Shown: one piece after another, positions 40,289 through 51,999 of the stretch
Position numbering within the stretch: the first letter of the stretch is position 1
Layout: the number at the start of each line of letters is the position of its first letter
Assembly (NCBI GenBank): GCA_965637545.1
Contig: OZ281500.1
Coordinates: 23,560,001-23,624,000, forward strand
Length of the DNA stretch: 64,000 bases
From: Phallusia mammillata
Taxonomy: Eukaryota
Direction: 5' to 3'
Position numbers and translations under genes: made by a program
Notes under the pieces: generated by a model
What the model saw: only the letters and a program-made list of their open reading frames with translations
What the model was told of the DNA's origin: nothing
Databases searched by the model: none

Positions 40289-40992
40289 GTGAGTTAATTA
40301 AGAAGCCAATTAGGATGGGATTGAAATGCTAAATCCAAGGAAATAAACTTGAGATTGGAAGTATGATTTAAATGTAATTAACACACGATTATTTCATAGG
40401 AATGTCCACTGATGAAAACCGTGCATGTAACATTTGCTGTAAACAAGATTTTGGGCTTTTACGTCGCAAAACATAATATAGTCAGTTTTGTTTGAACAAG
40501 CAATAATACCAACATTAAAAAATCGGCTACGCGTTATCAGAATGCATTCACAAGTCAAACATTACATTTTTACATCAAAGCAAGTTTTTGAAACAAACTG
40601 TGATCATGCCCTGCTTAACAGTTTGCAATTAAAACGATACTGTTACGAAAAAATCCAAAAATGTTAACAAGAAAGGTTAATGTTGTAAGGTTTAAAGAAT
40701 ATTCCAGGCAAAACCTGTTCATTTGCTGCATTTAGCATGCAACTGTACTATGTCAAAATATTTACACACAACCTTAGACTGTAGCCTCCTTTAAACCAAA
40801 ATGTCACAGTTTTGAAATAGCATTCACTGAATACCACGTACACGCCTTTCATAACGAAACCCTCAATGGCAATTAAATCACTCGTACAGGCGTTAGTATT
40901 TTCGCGAGCAAACGTGATATGCGAGATCCCACGCGAACCGTTGTGAGGATTAGTGCGTTGTCACAGAATAAATAGAGTCCTTCCCCCAACAG

Positions 40993-41101
40993 AGAGGTTT
41001 TGTTGACCGAATTCCATTCAACGAGAGGAAATCAATCAATAGAATGAAGTGTATGGGTTTAGTTATGATGGAACGTGGGCTGATATACGTTGAACCATCA
41101 C
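40993..41101 (+). CDS. Second candidate nested antisense exon (RGFVDRIPFNERKSINRMKCMGLVMMERGLIYVEPS)
   Basis: Acceptor gtccttcccccaacag, donor C|gtaaat, phase 0 to 1. Confidence 0.3.
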
Positions 41102-42185
41102 GTAAATGCGTGTATGCAACGATGATAGAGTCCCAGCACGTTATATATAGCAGTATAAATATCAACACATGAAACGTGTGGCAGCCAGTTTAGATTGTAA
41201 ATGTACATACGCGGGCGTGGTGAAGATATAACTTATTTTTAATCCGTTGTCTCCCAAAAACAGTAAAACGCAAAATGCTGAAGTTTGACTCGCAAATACA
41301 ACACAGCCCACGCTACTTTAAGGATAAACTAAAGCAGTTTGGTTGACATTCATTTTAAGCTCTATATCGGTAGTACTATTTTATCATATAACACAGCTTC
41401 GTTACAATAACACAGCACAACGTTATGCTTACTCTGAAAAAAGTTACCACATTTGTAGTCGAAGTTCGTAGTTTAACATTCTCACAGCATTTTCACACTT
41501 AACCACGAAATAGTAAAAATGTATCAAAGATGTTCTGTATCTTACTAAAGCTAACTGTAGTATAATAACATGAAACAAAAAAACACACACAAAAGTAAGG
41601 TTCGCAAACTTGCAAACGTTTCTCAAAACAATCTATTTCAGTTTTCACACAATTCCGCGCTCCGCAGAAAAAATACCACCGAAAATGCACCTAGTATATC
41701 GCACTGATTGTAAACAACACAACATACTGCTGTAAGTACAACAAACGCTTCGCATACCCTTTATGCTGTAGCTAGGAAGAGCTTAAAAAACACTTGTTTA
41801 ATTAGGCGATCAATGGTATGCTTGTGTTTACATTATACCATAATACGTGTGTACCGTTGTAATTTTATCGGTTACAAGCATTCAAAACAACGTTTGTATG
41901 TCGATGTATTGTTAGAGAGGTATTGCGATCCAATTACAGATGTTATGACAATATTTCACACGATAATTAAATTACACTTGTTACTACAGAATCAAACATT
42001 TCATGTGCAGTCTGTAAGATACAAACACCACTATCCCCAATACTGTGGAAACCGCCACTCTGTTGTTCAAAACAAGCCCAAAAAACGCAAATACCAAGCA
42101 AATCAAAAACCACCTCAATTATAACGTCATTTTAGTGCCTGATAAGACATATAGATATAAAAAAGCAAGTAAAATAACAAAAAAG

Positions 42186-42300
42186 TGATCACTAATGATG
42201 GCATGAGCATTCGCCGAAACGTTTTAACAATAAAGTATGTCGCTTTTTACGTCTATTTGTGCCGTTATTTTCCTCATTAAGCTTACAATCCGTGTATAGT
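42186..42300 (+). mobile_element. Hammerhead-bearing repeat family B, copy with a core mutation
   Basis: CTAATGA-T-GGCATGAGCATTCGCC-GAAAC-GTT; aligns over more than 100 nt with the reverse complement of 43215-43330. Confidence 0.75.
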
Positions 42301-42889
42301 GGTTTAAAAAAGTGACATTTTTGATAACCCACCCCCAAAACAGCCTAATTGGGCGGGAAAACTGCCATCCTGGTAACACTGAAGGGCACGCCACGCCAAG
42401 TTCAATTGATAAGTAATAGCACCAGACAATGTATTATGTGCAACAGTATAAAGGCGGGGACGAAGCCGCTACTATATGCAGGTCACCGGTAATGAATAGA
42501 GCTTCACGATGTGGTCGTTAGTGCGTTATGGCTATGGTATGTGAATTGCTGATATTTTTAGCCGCGGGTTAATGCTTGATTGATAATGGGTAATGTAGCT
42601 TGAGGTTTGGGGTGGAACTCAGGGTATAGGCTCGGCTAGACTGGTTGATCTGTATCAAGGCGTGTTAAAACCACAAAATGTCTTTTTACTGAACATAAAA
42701 GGTCAAAGGCAAAGCCTGGAAAAGCTGCAGCTGAATCCAACGAAACCACAATTCACCGAGCTTAAATTTATACTGCAGCAAGCGTCTCATATTTTAGACA
42801 AAAACAAAATACTGAACCACGTTGTTAATCTTAATCACTATTGTAACTTAACCTAGCACAGAAAGGCAAAACTCAATCTCATATTTCAA

Positions 42890-43190
42890 CCCAAAGCAGT
42901 GAAACAAACAGTGAAATAATATGCATTCTTCAACGCCAATTTCAAGAATTCCAAGATCGTAAACGTGATATCCTTGCGCACTAAACGTCAAAAAGGCATT
43001 TCAATTTTTGTCGGATATTTTAAAAACACAATTCGATCAGATATTTCAACACAAAGCAGCTAAACAAACTGTGCAATACACATTCTTTAATACAAATCCC
43101 CATATCTTCAATTTGATTTCCCCACGCACTTAACGTTCAAAAAGGGATCCTATATTCTTTCAAATATTTTGAAAACAAAATTTAAACTTT
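42890..43190. repeat. Old diverged tandem duplication (period about 155 nt)
   Basis: TTCAAC(C/A)CAAAGCAG..AAACAAAC.GTG.AATA...GCACT.AACGT..AAAA occurs twice. Confidence 0.6.
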
Positions 43191-43214
43191 GGAACACTAT
43201 ACAGTGCATAGTGT

Positions 43215-43330
43215 ATACACGGATCTGTTCATAAGTTTAACTTTAACATAACGGCCAAAATATACGTAAAAAGCGACATGTCTTCTTATTCAAACGTTTC
43301 GGCAAATGCTCATGCCATCATCAGTGATAT
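43215..43330 (-). ncRNA. Intact minimal hammerhead motif, family B, inverted relative to the 42.2-kb copy
   Basis: Minus strand: TATCA-CTGATGA-T-GGCA-tgagcatt-TGCC-GAAAC-GTT-TGAATA; core at 43293-43324; stem I TATCA/TGA(A)TA. Confidence 0.8.
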
Positions 43331-45263
43331 GAAGGCCACATCAGCTAAAGCATAGACCAAAAAATCGGCGCTGCACGCTTTTACTGTTATCTGGAAACAC
43401 ACAACTGTTCAAATAGCACCGTTTTAGATCCTTATCACGTTCCTGTTTTATCAGTATCGATCCACAAGCGCGATCTGCCGCTTTTAACAATTATCCGCAT
43501 TCCACAAGCCTGGGTGTTCACAGGTCAACGTGACAAAACCCACGTTATGCATGAAATATTTATAAACCCAATTTTTGTTGGTACACATGGGAAATAGAAA
43601 AGTGTTTTACATTTATACGTGTTTAGTGATACAAAGCGTTTATTTCAAGTTAGGCTATATCATACGACGTATCAGCGTTGCAAAACACAAGAAAAATTAC
43701 AGAAACACAAATCTACATTTAAAAATTACCTTTTTTCTGTTTTGACAAAATACTTCGTTGTTTCAAATCGCAGATAACTCAAAAATGAGTTTGTTCGGTT
43801 TCAACACTTTTCAATATACTTCACAACTACGACGTTTTGCATAAAACAACAACAAAATCGACGCGTTAAGGAGGAAGTTCAGAATATCACCACTGATTGT
43901 TGACTAGTTTGTCAGGATGTGCGCACACATTAAGCAAATAACAACGACTGAAGGACGTCCCCCAAAAGACATTTCCCGTCTAAAGTTCAATTTTGTGTTC
44001 AAAATAAAATACGCCAGAAAATAAAGCGCAAAATGCAACAAACTTAGACATGGTAGTAACAATAACTGCATTTTTACACTGCATTTTTTGCTCCCTAAAT
44101 GCCATGCTATTTTATGATGCTGGCTGAAGAAAATGTACGTACACCTTTCACCTCTGCCTCATATTTTTTATGTAACGCAATTTGATTGCAAAATCATATA
44201 TACTTAAAAGCTGCGAGAAACGTTAAGCTACAGCACGGGGAGAATTTTAAAAAAATACACTTCTACGAAATAGCTTTTAACGAAACTATGTCATTTAAAA
44301 CCAAACGTGAAACCACATTTGTAAACACACACCAGGTTTTTCGGCCAAATCCGAGAACAATCGAAGTAAGCATGTTCTATTAATTACATAACAATCGCAG
44401 CACTCCCTAAACACACTTTAAAGCTGACCTTAAGCTTTCGACATTTACCACACCGGTAGAGGAACAACCGCAGATCGTGACTCGACACTTTTACGCCCAC
44501 GTTAGAGGTTTAGCATTTACGCATGTACTGGGCTTTGTATATTGTTGTAGCCATTTGACAACAGCAATAAATACGTGGTGTTTATGTACAGATAGAGTTT
44601 GCAAGATTGATGTTTATGCAAGAAAAACCACACGGTTAATAGTCAGTTCATAAATCATAAGTCAGGCGTTGCCAACCTCTTAAATGGCGCATGCCAATTT
44701 ACTTGTTGTGTCAAAATGGTAATGGTTGCCAAACTTTTGTATGTAGTAGTTCGTGTTATCTAATCTTAATAATATTGCAATGCAAACAGACTCCTGCATG
44801 TAGAGACGGATTTTAAGTCCACTACATTATAACAAACTAAAATTAAGTTACGTAATAGTTTGAATTATATCAAAAAAGAATCGAAGAAAGAGAAAAAAAC
44901 CTTTCGTGACAGGATTGTCCCTGCTGGTGTTGTTTTTGGTCCATCAGATAAATTATTATGTGCTATTGTATGTTTACCAATCGGAAAGTTTTTCAGTTGT
45001 GGCATCGAACAAAATTGGTGGCGCATTACTTTTCAGCCTGTTACTCCCACCAAACTGGACTACCGTTAGGTGGGTACACTAATCAATACACCCCACGTCT
45101 TGTCACCAGCTACACTGTTATAGAGACATTATAGGCTCTGCCTACTTATCCTTATTGACTTGTTATAAATCATATGATTTCAAGAAATGAATTTCGTCCA
45201 CCTCGCTATTTTCTAGGCAGGACTTTTTACGAAATCATTTATGAAACAAAAACTCACACTCAC

Positions 45264-45774
45264 CAGCACAGAATTGGGACCTCGGTGTGGATCCAGGGAC
45301 TTTGAGCGCACCATCTGTGCTTTGGGAGGAAGGGGAGGAGCAAGATAGGAGGAGTTGAGAATAGGATCAGCGGATGCAGTGCTCTTTACGTCCATGTCAT
45401 CCAAATTATCCTCATCACTTGCAACTACTGTCCCGCTGGAGGCTGCACTCTCCCTGGATATCGTGGAGTCACGATTTGTACTCTTCATGATAATTTGATC
45501 CGCAAGGTCATCGTAAGATCCATCAACGGAAGAGAAGTCCTCCGAGTCCGGCTCTTCTAATTCCCTCTGATCGTATCCAGAGAAGTCCGGTTCGAGTCTG
45601 GTTGGCAGCGAACGACATTTCAACCAACTGGGATCAACTTGTTCACCGGGAATCGCAAACGAGTTTGTTGGGGTTCCTTGGAAATTATCCAAAGTTGTGT
45701 CTTCCACATTTACATCTGCATCTGCATCATCGTCTTCATTTGAATCTTTCCTTCGCTTTGTCACCACAGGACGA
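45264..45774 (-). CDS. Exon of the large gene; acidic and Ser-rich, contains PPLPPK
   Basis: Acceptor ttttacattgcatgcag (phase 2, completes Ser with the preceding exon), donor CTG|gtgagt; covers the 184-aa ORF. Confidence 0.88.
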
Positions 45775-45791
45775 CTGCATGCAATGTAAAA

Positions 45792-45973
45792 CAGAGTTGT
45801 AAGTCGGGTGCGGTTTGCGCTTCAAAATAAAAAAAGTCAAAATAAAACGGTCTTGATTCCGGCCTGACTTCATACAAGGCCACATTCGTATCGTAATTTT
45901 GCTGTCATAACTAAAATTTCGGGCTTATGTTTTTAAATCGGGTTTGGGGGATTCAGGCCCGTTTACAACTCTT
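45792..45973. mobile_element. MITE with AGAGTTGTAA terminal inverted repeats
   Basis: CAGAGTTGTAAGTCGGG ... CCCGTTTACAACTCT; related copy at 53672-53798. Sits about 16 nt from the 45775 acceptor. Confidence 0.65.
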
Positions 45974-46284
45974 GGCCAGGATTGGTAAGTGGAAAGAAAT
46001 CATAAATATACTCGTCCAAATGATTGTTAAAGCGACAAGCATTATATACCATTCAAACTTTTTAGCGAAAACGGTGAAACAATAAGGCGTCTGTGCTTTG
46101 TCAAAAAGTTTATCTTTCATTTAAGACTATTTGAACACTTTTTTGAAACATCATATATTTCGTTCCTGACTATCTGTCCTAAAGTTTATTCATTTTTTAA
46201 TAAATGGACCTTGTATGTTCCACAAAAATCAATAAAGTTTCGCTTAACGTTAAAATGCACCATCTACATAATCTATGTGCGTTT

Positions 46285-46381
46285 TACGCCGGATTCGAAC
46301 CCAGGATGCCAGGTACAATCCTACAAAATGCTTTTTTTATTTGTACCGATAAGTCAAGCGCCCTTTACAGATCGACCAGTG
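46285..46381 (-). pseudogene. Older degenerate tRNA-like unit
   Basis: TGGTCGATCTG...GGGCGCTTGAC...A-rich spacer...CCTGGGTTCGAATCCGG; same layout as 46399-46511. Confidence 0.55.
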
Positions 46382-46398
46382 CTTCTGTACCTGCGGTT

Positions 46399-46511
46399 TT
46401 TTTTTCACGGGGTTCGAACCCAGGACACTCCCGGGGACGAATCCCGATGAAGGTTTTTTTTATGTCTGTATATGGGTCAGGCGCGCCAGACCATTCGGCC
46501 AGGTTCCTGCC
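46399..46511 (-). mobile_element. 113-nt tRNA-derived retroposed insert with a 17-bp TSD
   Basis: A box TGGCCGAATGG, B box GGTTCGAACCC, short A tail; flanked by identical CTTCTGTACCTGCGGTT at 46382-46398 and 46512-46528. Confidence 0.75.
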
Positions 46512-46520
46512 CTTCTGTAC

Positions 46521-46720
46521 CTGCGGTTGATAAAGGAATCCTGACGTTGGAATGGCGTAGCGCCCTCTAGCGCCAGTTCTGTTTCTTCCGAAAATACATC
46601 AGCATCGGAAGATTCGACGGTTGGGGTAAGAGCTTCGGTGGAATAAGCTTTAAGGAAGGCCAGCTTCGTCAGTTCGCCAGTGCTCTGCGACCAGTTGCTG
46701 TAGAACAACGAGGTAGGGCG
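46521..46720 (-). CDS. Exon of the large gene (RPTSLFYSNWSQS...QRQDSFINR)
   Basis: Acceptor tttttgtttgttctgtag (phase 0), donor CGCAG|gtacag (phase 2); both phases match the neighbouring exons. Confidence 0.85.
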
Positions 46721-47337
46721 CTACAGAACAAACAAAAAGTTTCATGCAATTAACTTTAATGATATTTTATGCAGAGGTAGTTGTAATGAGGATCGTGGTG
46801 CTATACAGCATGTCAAGAAGTTTGGCAAGAGATGCCAAAAGCTTTTGGCTTTTCTATAACGTTGCTATATCTCGAGTATGTTTGAATTAGCGTTTATTAA
46901 TTTATCCGACGATGCTTCATGCACAATTTTTTTTCTTTCTAAACGTATAATAAATTTTTAAAATAGATTTATTTATTCATTGTACGCCAGGCCTATTAAA
47001 GGCGTTGTACTATAATTTATCGATAAGTATGCCGTGATCGCTAGTCTGCATCGACGCTTCAGGGCTGATCCCAGTATGAATATGTTCATCTTAGATTTGT
47101 GTTTTATTCTGTTTCTTGAACATTCATGGATAATGTTGTTAGTAGCGTGAAACTGTTAGTCAGAACATTTGTACTAAACCTAGTTGGTACCTTGGTACTA
47201 AACTTTGCAAAAAGCTTTATGAGACGAATATGCCGATCGTAAATGGCATAAAAGATAACAATAATACACCAGTAACCTAGAGTGTCAAGAAACCAACAAA
47301 TTCTCTAATGCTCTGACCTTAATTTTTAAGTCGTAAT

Positions 47338-47408
47338 ATAAAAAAAAATAAAAAAAAATATAAAAAAATATAAAAAATATAAAAAAAATAAAAAATAAAT
47401 AAAAATAA
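47338..47408. repeat. A-rich microsatellite (A6-8-T(AT) units)
   Basis: Read directly. Confidence 0.9.
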
Positions 47409-47412
47409 CACA

Positions 47413-47760
47413 ACATTTAAGCTACCCATCTTGCACAAGGTACCACATAAAGCGTAAAATGTAAATTCCTTACAACTGCAACGTAGATTTCTTAGTCGTA
47501 CAAAATAACTATGTTATCCAGCGTAAAAACTCTAACTCCTTAAGAAGCACATCACACTGCAACACATGCGCAGCATATCTTTAGATAGCTCACTAAACAC
47601 AAAGTTTAAGCTACCCGTCTTGCACATGTTATTACGTACAGGGTAAAACTTACATAATTCATTAGTAGTACAAAATAACTATGTAACACAGCAGCGAAAA
47701 AACTTAATTCCTTACAAAAACCACACATGGCCCTGCAACACATCCGTTACATATCTGCCA
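47413..47760. repeat. Diverged tandem duplication (period about 190 nt)
   Basis: TTTAAGCTACCC.TCTTGCACA ... GTACAAAATAACTATGT ... CTGCAACACAT ... CATATCT occurs twice. Confidence 0.75.
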
Positions 47761-48004
47761 TCTGCCGAATGCTTACTATGGCAGTAATCAGCTGTGGAAA
47801 GGGGTTAATTTTTAACTTCAATTTTAAGTTTCCAGGAATCTATGGCATTAACAGGTGTTGCGGGGTGAGTAATGTGTGCATTGACATGCTTAAACATCTT
47901 AAACACACAATAGGCAGCAGTTCTTAAACCCCGGTGTTTAAGTACTGTTTTCTTAATGGCGCTTTTTTGTGGAAAATCGTTACGCTATTTTGTCTTATTA
48001 TGTT

Positions 48005-48275
48005 TAGTTTTGAGTTTGAGTGCAGTAGTATTTGTCTTGTAAATTCAACTACTTCAAAAGTAATAAAATAAACAAGCGTTGTTACTATATACGTGTTGGC
48101 CATTTAAGACGTTTCAGTATTGTTTTATTAGTATAATTGTTTTCCTAATAAAAAAAGTTACTAATAAAAATTTACTAATAACTTTTGTCTGTTTATGTCT
48201 ATTTTGTTTTAGTGCAGTTGTTTTTGTCTTGTAAACTCAACTAGTTTAAAAGTAAAAATATAGACAAACGTGGTA
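48005..48275. repeat. Diverged tandem duplication (period about 190 nt)
   Basis: AGTGCAGT.GT.TTTGTCTTGTAAA.TCAACTA.TT.AAAAGTAA occurs twice. Confidence 0.7.
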
Positions 48276-48983
48276 CAGTATCAGTATCGTTCTATCCATA
48301 CAATTGTTATTCTGCTATAAAGATATAAATAATAGTTCTAAAAAAACAGCGTCATCGTATTCTATTTTAATAGCGAAAACCAATATTAGGTACAGACTTA
48401 ATGTCGCCTTTTTCGCCTAATAATAATTTTGGAATGTACCCAAATACACAGTGCCCCTCCCACAAAAAAGAATTCAAAATTGCAAACGCCAAATACTTGT
48501 TCTAAAAGAACCAGGTCATGATGTTCGTCCGAAAATAGCCAAAAATAACTTTGGAAACTAACTTTAAGAACAGCTTGAAACCCGAGATCGGTAAGATAGT
48601 GGGTAACATTTTTGGGTTTTTATCACCAAGCTAAAACGGATTATTTTCGCATTCCAGCAGCGCAAATCACGCATGACTAATGCGCATTACTAGTTAGCAG
48701 AAGCAGTGCAGGCATAGAGATCATATAAAGGTGAGCGCCTTCCCTCAAGCTATTTGCATCGCCGGACGAAATTGCGATAAAGTGCATTAAAACAACACCG
48801 AAAATTCGATTCGGCACTTGGCTTTTAGGGAGAAGCGTGTGCTAACAATTTAACAACATAGGCTTCATACCTTTACTGGCCCAATAACATTTGACTGATA
48901 ATTAACCATTTTAAAACACCCGTTCGACATAGAAAGTGACTTAATATGAAATAAAACTGATAGAATATAATGTGCATTTATGT

Positions 48984-49334
48984 TAGGACTACCATACGTC
49001 ATCTTTTGGGACATGTCCTCCTTTTTAACGAAAAGAAAGTTGTCCTCCAAGGACAATAAAAAAATGCTAAAATGTCCTCCTTTTTGAATTTTCTGCATTT
49101 CTTAAATATCTAAAAACCAATTGGGCCTTTAAAAACGGCCAAAACGCTTGAGTTGTGGTCATTGTTATTTGAAATTAACAATTTATAGTAAGTTAAACTT
49201 CATCCAAATTGGACTACAATAATTGACTGCGTGAAATATCTCGTGCCTTTATTTTCTTGGACACAAAAGTAAGTGTTAATATTGTATGTCGGGAATGTGT
49301 CCTCCTTTTTGGTGATGAAAATATGGCAGGCCTA
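48984..49334. mobile_element. hAT MITE with TAGG termini
   Basis: TIR TAGGACTACCATA / TATGGCAGGCCTA; perfect 8-bp TSD ATTTATGT; internal TGTCCTCCTTTTT repeats. Confidence 0.88.
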
Positions 49335-49718
49335 ATTTATGTTATTGAGAGTCGTTTTCAATCGGTGTTTAAAAATAAGTGGAAATTTTCCGATATAGAA
49401 TCTATCTTGCAGTTATGTCAGTAGAGAATTTCTACAGATTTACATTACAATTATATATTTCTTAGCAGTGTTTTCTTTTGTACCATGACCTACAGTCCTA
49501 CACTAAGGGCTATTTGTACACACAAAATCTAAGGAGAACTAATGCCACATGTAAAACATAAAAAACTGGTCTGTTGGCGTTCAACTTGCGAGTAACTTAT
49601 AAAGAAGCGATTGCAATAAACCTAAAAAGTTGCAGACAACCTTCTCGCTAACATTTGGGTTTTTTTATAAAAAAAAACAGAACTTAAAATTTATAGCGAA
49701 TGTAAAAATAAGGCATAC

Positions 49719-51509
49719 CTCAAGTTTTTCAGACTTCATGTACGTGACAGTTTCATCGTCTGCACTGCAATCTTCAATTTCCAAATTTGTTTCACAAACA
49801 CCAAGATTTGATTGTAAAATTCCAATATCCTGTTCCGTTTTCTCTTCAGTGTTAAAATCGCTATCCTTGCTAGCAGTTAAAGAGTCGTTTATTTTAATGT
49901 CTTGAACTCTCTCTTCATCCGGCGTGCAAGATATCAAATAATTTTCATTAGCAATTATAGTACAGCTTTCACTTTTCACTGTAACATCAGCTCTACTACA
50001 TTCATCTGCGTTGCTACTGTACTGCTGCGTCACAGGTGCTGGCTTTGTGATTGAAGCATCACTGTCGTCCTCTGTTACGTCACAGTCGGTGGGATCAAAA
50101 CAAGATTGTAGAGCATTGTTTTGCTGATCAGGTTTCAAAACGCTTACGTTGGGGCATTCAGCCGTTTCGGGTGATCGGAGTAATGGTTGTGCCTCTGTAT
50201 CTTGGTGTGTAACAATATTATCGGCAGCTTTCTGGGCTTCTTCCATGGTCATAGGCAAAGTGTTAGCTTCTGTTTGGGTGTCAGATGCTTGTAGTGGTGA
50301 TAATTCTCGATTTTCGAACATTTTTGAGGTATCTTTTTCCGTGCTTTGACTGTTACAAACTGGATCAGTGTTCAATGCCAAATCAGTATCGTTGCTAACT
50401 GTTGTATCCTCCTCCTCAGCCACTTTAAAGTTATTTGTTTGTAAATTAATTCCCACAAAGGCAATTTTCGAACCATCATGCAATCCTACACTGTTTGATT
50501 CAGCATAAAATTCACCTTCTTTTTCAGCAACACATGTACTGATAAAAATGTCTTCCTGGGTGTTCACATTCTCTACATTGGAAACTACTAGCTGCGTGTT
50601 ATTTGCTACAATCCCCACAATTTGCTGTAATACGTCACTTACAGTCTGTTCAACCGTAATTTTTTCATCATCACAGGTTTCTGGCTCTTTTGGGGCCAAA
50701 ATAATGCCACCATCGTCATCGTGTGCTTGACCAGAGTGGGGAAGCACGTTTTCATGGCTGACCTCTTCTGTTGACAACTGGCAATTTTCTACAGCACCCC
50801 TGTTTTCGTTGCTTGCCACTGCGTCAACAACATCCCTGAGCAAGTGAACAACTATTTGTGCAATTTCGTCAGCACATCCACTAACGTCAACACCGGTCAA
50901 CAAAGTGGGGCGTGTTGCGTCACAATGCTGCTCTGTGATTGGTAAATTGGTGTCATCACTTTCTACAACTGCATCGCTATTTTCAGCCCCAGTGGAAATT
51001 GTTTCGGTTATTGTTACCGAATCGTCGGAATTAGTTGAAATACAAGTAGAGGTGTCGTCGCCTACTGAATCTTTGCAGTCATTGTTGACATTATTGTTTA
51101 ACTCAGGTTTACAATCGAAAACTTCACAATCTTTGTCGGACCTTAGAGTTTTGTCCAGAAGGTCCCAGAATTCCGTCCATTTGACACCGTTGGGTCCCCA
51201 AGTTTGAGGACGAACGATAACATCATGAAAAGAGTTTTTGTTTTTCGATTTTTTACGCTTGTGCAAACGACGACTTTTCTTTAAGCGATGTACGACAAGT
51301 GCGAAATGTTTTTCCGCACCATCACCCCTTGAAATAGTCGGCAATGTTTTTGAGTCGTTTCTGGGGTATTTTACCATTTCCAGTGAGCGAGGCCTCCTTG
51401 TTTCAACAGTTTCTAACAACCTAGGCTTCATTTCCCAGCTCAAGGGCAAAACACTAATAAATTCAAGCTCCTGTAAGTGGCTGCTTTGCATTTCATATGC
51501 GCAAGAAGC
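49719..51509 (-). CDS. Large exon of the minus-strand gene: about 600 aa, acidic, Thr/Ser-rich, disordered, with a basic N-terminal part
   Basis: 608-aa ORF; in-frame acceptor aaagcttttag at 51510 (ATG at 51491); donor GAG|gtatgc at 49718 (phase 0) matches the 46720 exon. Confidence 0.9.
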
Positions 51510-51999
51510 CTAAAAGCTTTAAACAGATTTTCAACAACCGCTGTTGTTTGAAGAAAAATACAACATTGTTAAACATTACATAGCCTAACATATATTTTTC
51601 TAAAGCAATGTTTCGAGCACATTCCGAAAAATCTAAGTCCTTCATTTATTGCAAAGGTGAAGGTTTGGCAAAAAATGATTTAGTTACTTTAAAGCAAATT
51701 ACCGGAGAAAATCACTCTAAAAACACAATTAATTATGTTTCAAAAGTAGAAAAACAACTTTTTCGCTTTGTTTAGCGTTTTAGTAACTATGATTAAAATT
51801 TATGAGCAAGCACATTTGATATGAGGCAAAAACCACAAAGATAATTATTCCACAACTAATCAACTTCACTGACAACCAATCAGAAGGTAAAATCACAAAC
51901 AAACTGTAGACATAAGCACTTGTGTCATTAATTATAGTGCTGAATGCCTAACCTGCTATTAATAAGCAGCTTCACATGGCAAAAGTGCATAACCGAGCC

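Noticed and set aside
43281-43295. SL-like TTTGAATAAG spanning the family-B hammerhead cleavage site (also at about 25262)
   Set aside because: Only 10 nt in AT-rich DNA and not conserved in the partner copy; more likely a variant of the AATAAA that follows these ribozymes.
48359-48374. ATTCTATTTTAATAGC, 13/16 to the SL
   Set aside because: Within chance expectation for AT-rich sequence.
21946-51513. ORFs overlapping the real exons (21946-22251, 22005-22232, 22030-22215, 45602-45802, 49630-51513 on +)
   Set aside because: Shadow or antisense frames of GC-richer coding exons.
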